Assembly: GCA_964016885.1 (NCBI GenBank) | Contig: OZ024742.1 | Location: 100,874,001-100,938,000, forward strand | Length of the DNA: 64,000 nucleotides | Reading direction: 5' to 3' | DNA from: Eledone cirrhosa | Taxonomy: Eukaryota | Shown here: positions 63,331-64,000 of the stretch, in pieces | Layout: each line of letters begins with the position of its first letter | How positions within the stretch are numbered: the first letter of the stretch is position 1 | The notes under the pieces: model-generated | The model's database searches: none | What the model saw: only the letters and a program-made list of their open reading frames with translations | Told to the model about the DNA's origin: nothing | Program-made: the position numbers and the translations under genes

Positions 63331-64000
63331 TTAATAAGAAAATAGTTACTACTATTTTAATACCTTCTCACTAGCAACATATAAAAACTGTTAGAAACTG
63401 TAATATGTAGGAAAATATTAAACATTTTAATACTTTTGTTGCTTGAAAATATTGCTAAAATTGACACTTATCAAAATTTATGACAAACTTTTGTGGTGTT
63501 AAAATAATTTACTGAATATACTCATATATGTCACAGTGGAAGATAAGTCACACCCCATGCTTTTATTATATTTCGGCTTTATTATTTAATATTTCAAGCC
63601 TAGATCAAGGGTCAGTAAATAAGTCACACCGCATTTGCCTTTATAATGTTTTGGCTTCATTTTTTTTATAATTCCAAGCTCAGAGCAACGTTTGGTATAG
63701 AGGTCACACTTATAGATGCCACCCCATATTTGTATTTATAATATTTTGGCTTCATTATTTAACCCTTTTGATACTAAACTGTCTTGGTAGTGGTGGTGGG
63801 GGGTATGTGTTTCATTTTTATTTATTTTGTTGTTTTTGCTTTTGTTTTTCTTTCTTGAAGAATGAAGAAATTGTTTTTATTATTATCCTTATTTTGTTAA
63901 CCAAAAGATAATTCCTTCAATGTTTGTTTAAGAAACTAATAATAAATAATTTTAAAATAATAAAACCTTGTTAGAAGATAATCACAACTTAGAGCAGACA

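Noticed and set aside
62025-64000. TM6-TM7 exons
   Set aside because: No phase-2 exon with the expected W..G...L..LLG.TW motif was found; the gene presumably continues beyond the window.

Overview
AT-rich, repeat-dense animal genomic DNA. The SINE/MITE repertoire resembles what I recall from octopus (coleoid cephalopod) assemblies; that taxon call is inference. Bases 1-~21,925 are one uninterrupted 41-bp tandem satellite (~535 units, left end outside the window) with nested block duplications. From 24,090 to 62,024, 14 plus-strand exons with canonical AG/GT ends and mutually consistent phases join into a ~698-aa open frame of a latrophilin/Cirl-like adhesion GPCR: Thr/Ser stalk, HormR, GAIN with intact GPS HL|TSFAVLM, and TM1-TM5/ICL3. 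The gene is open at both ends, so the satellite probably lies in an upstream intron. The introns hold a frameshifted CR1-type LINE plus truncated copies, a DD37D maT element, mariner remnants and MITEs, TTAA piggyBac-like MITEs, Helitron-like elements, RTE and RLE-type LINE fragments, tRNA-type SINEs, minisatellites, several fold-back palindromes and a degenerate hammerhead-like motif. No prokaryotic features. I found no clearly new biological system; the best leads are the giant intronic satellite, candidate alternative splicing around TM1 and HormR/GAIN, the acidic GAIN insertion, and intronic dsRNA-forming structures. Exon ends were read base by base; most repeat boundaries are approximate.
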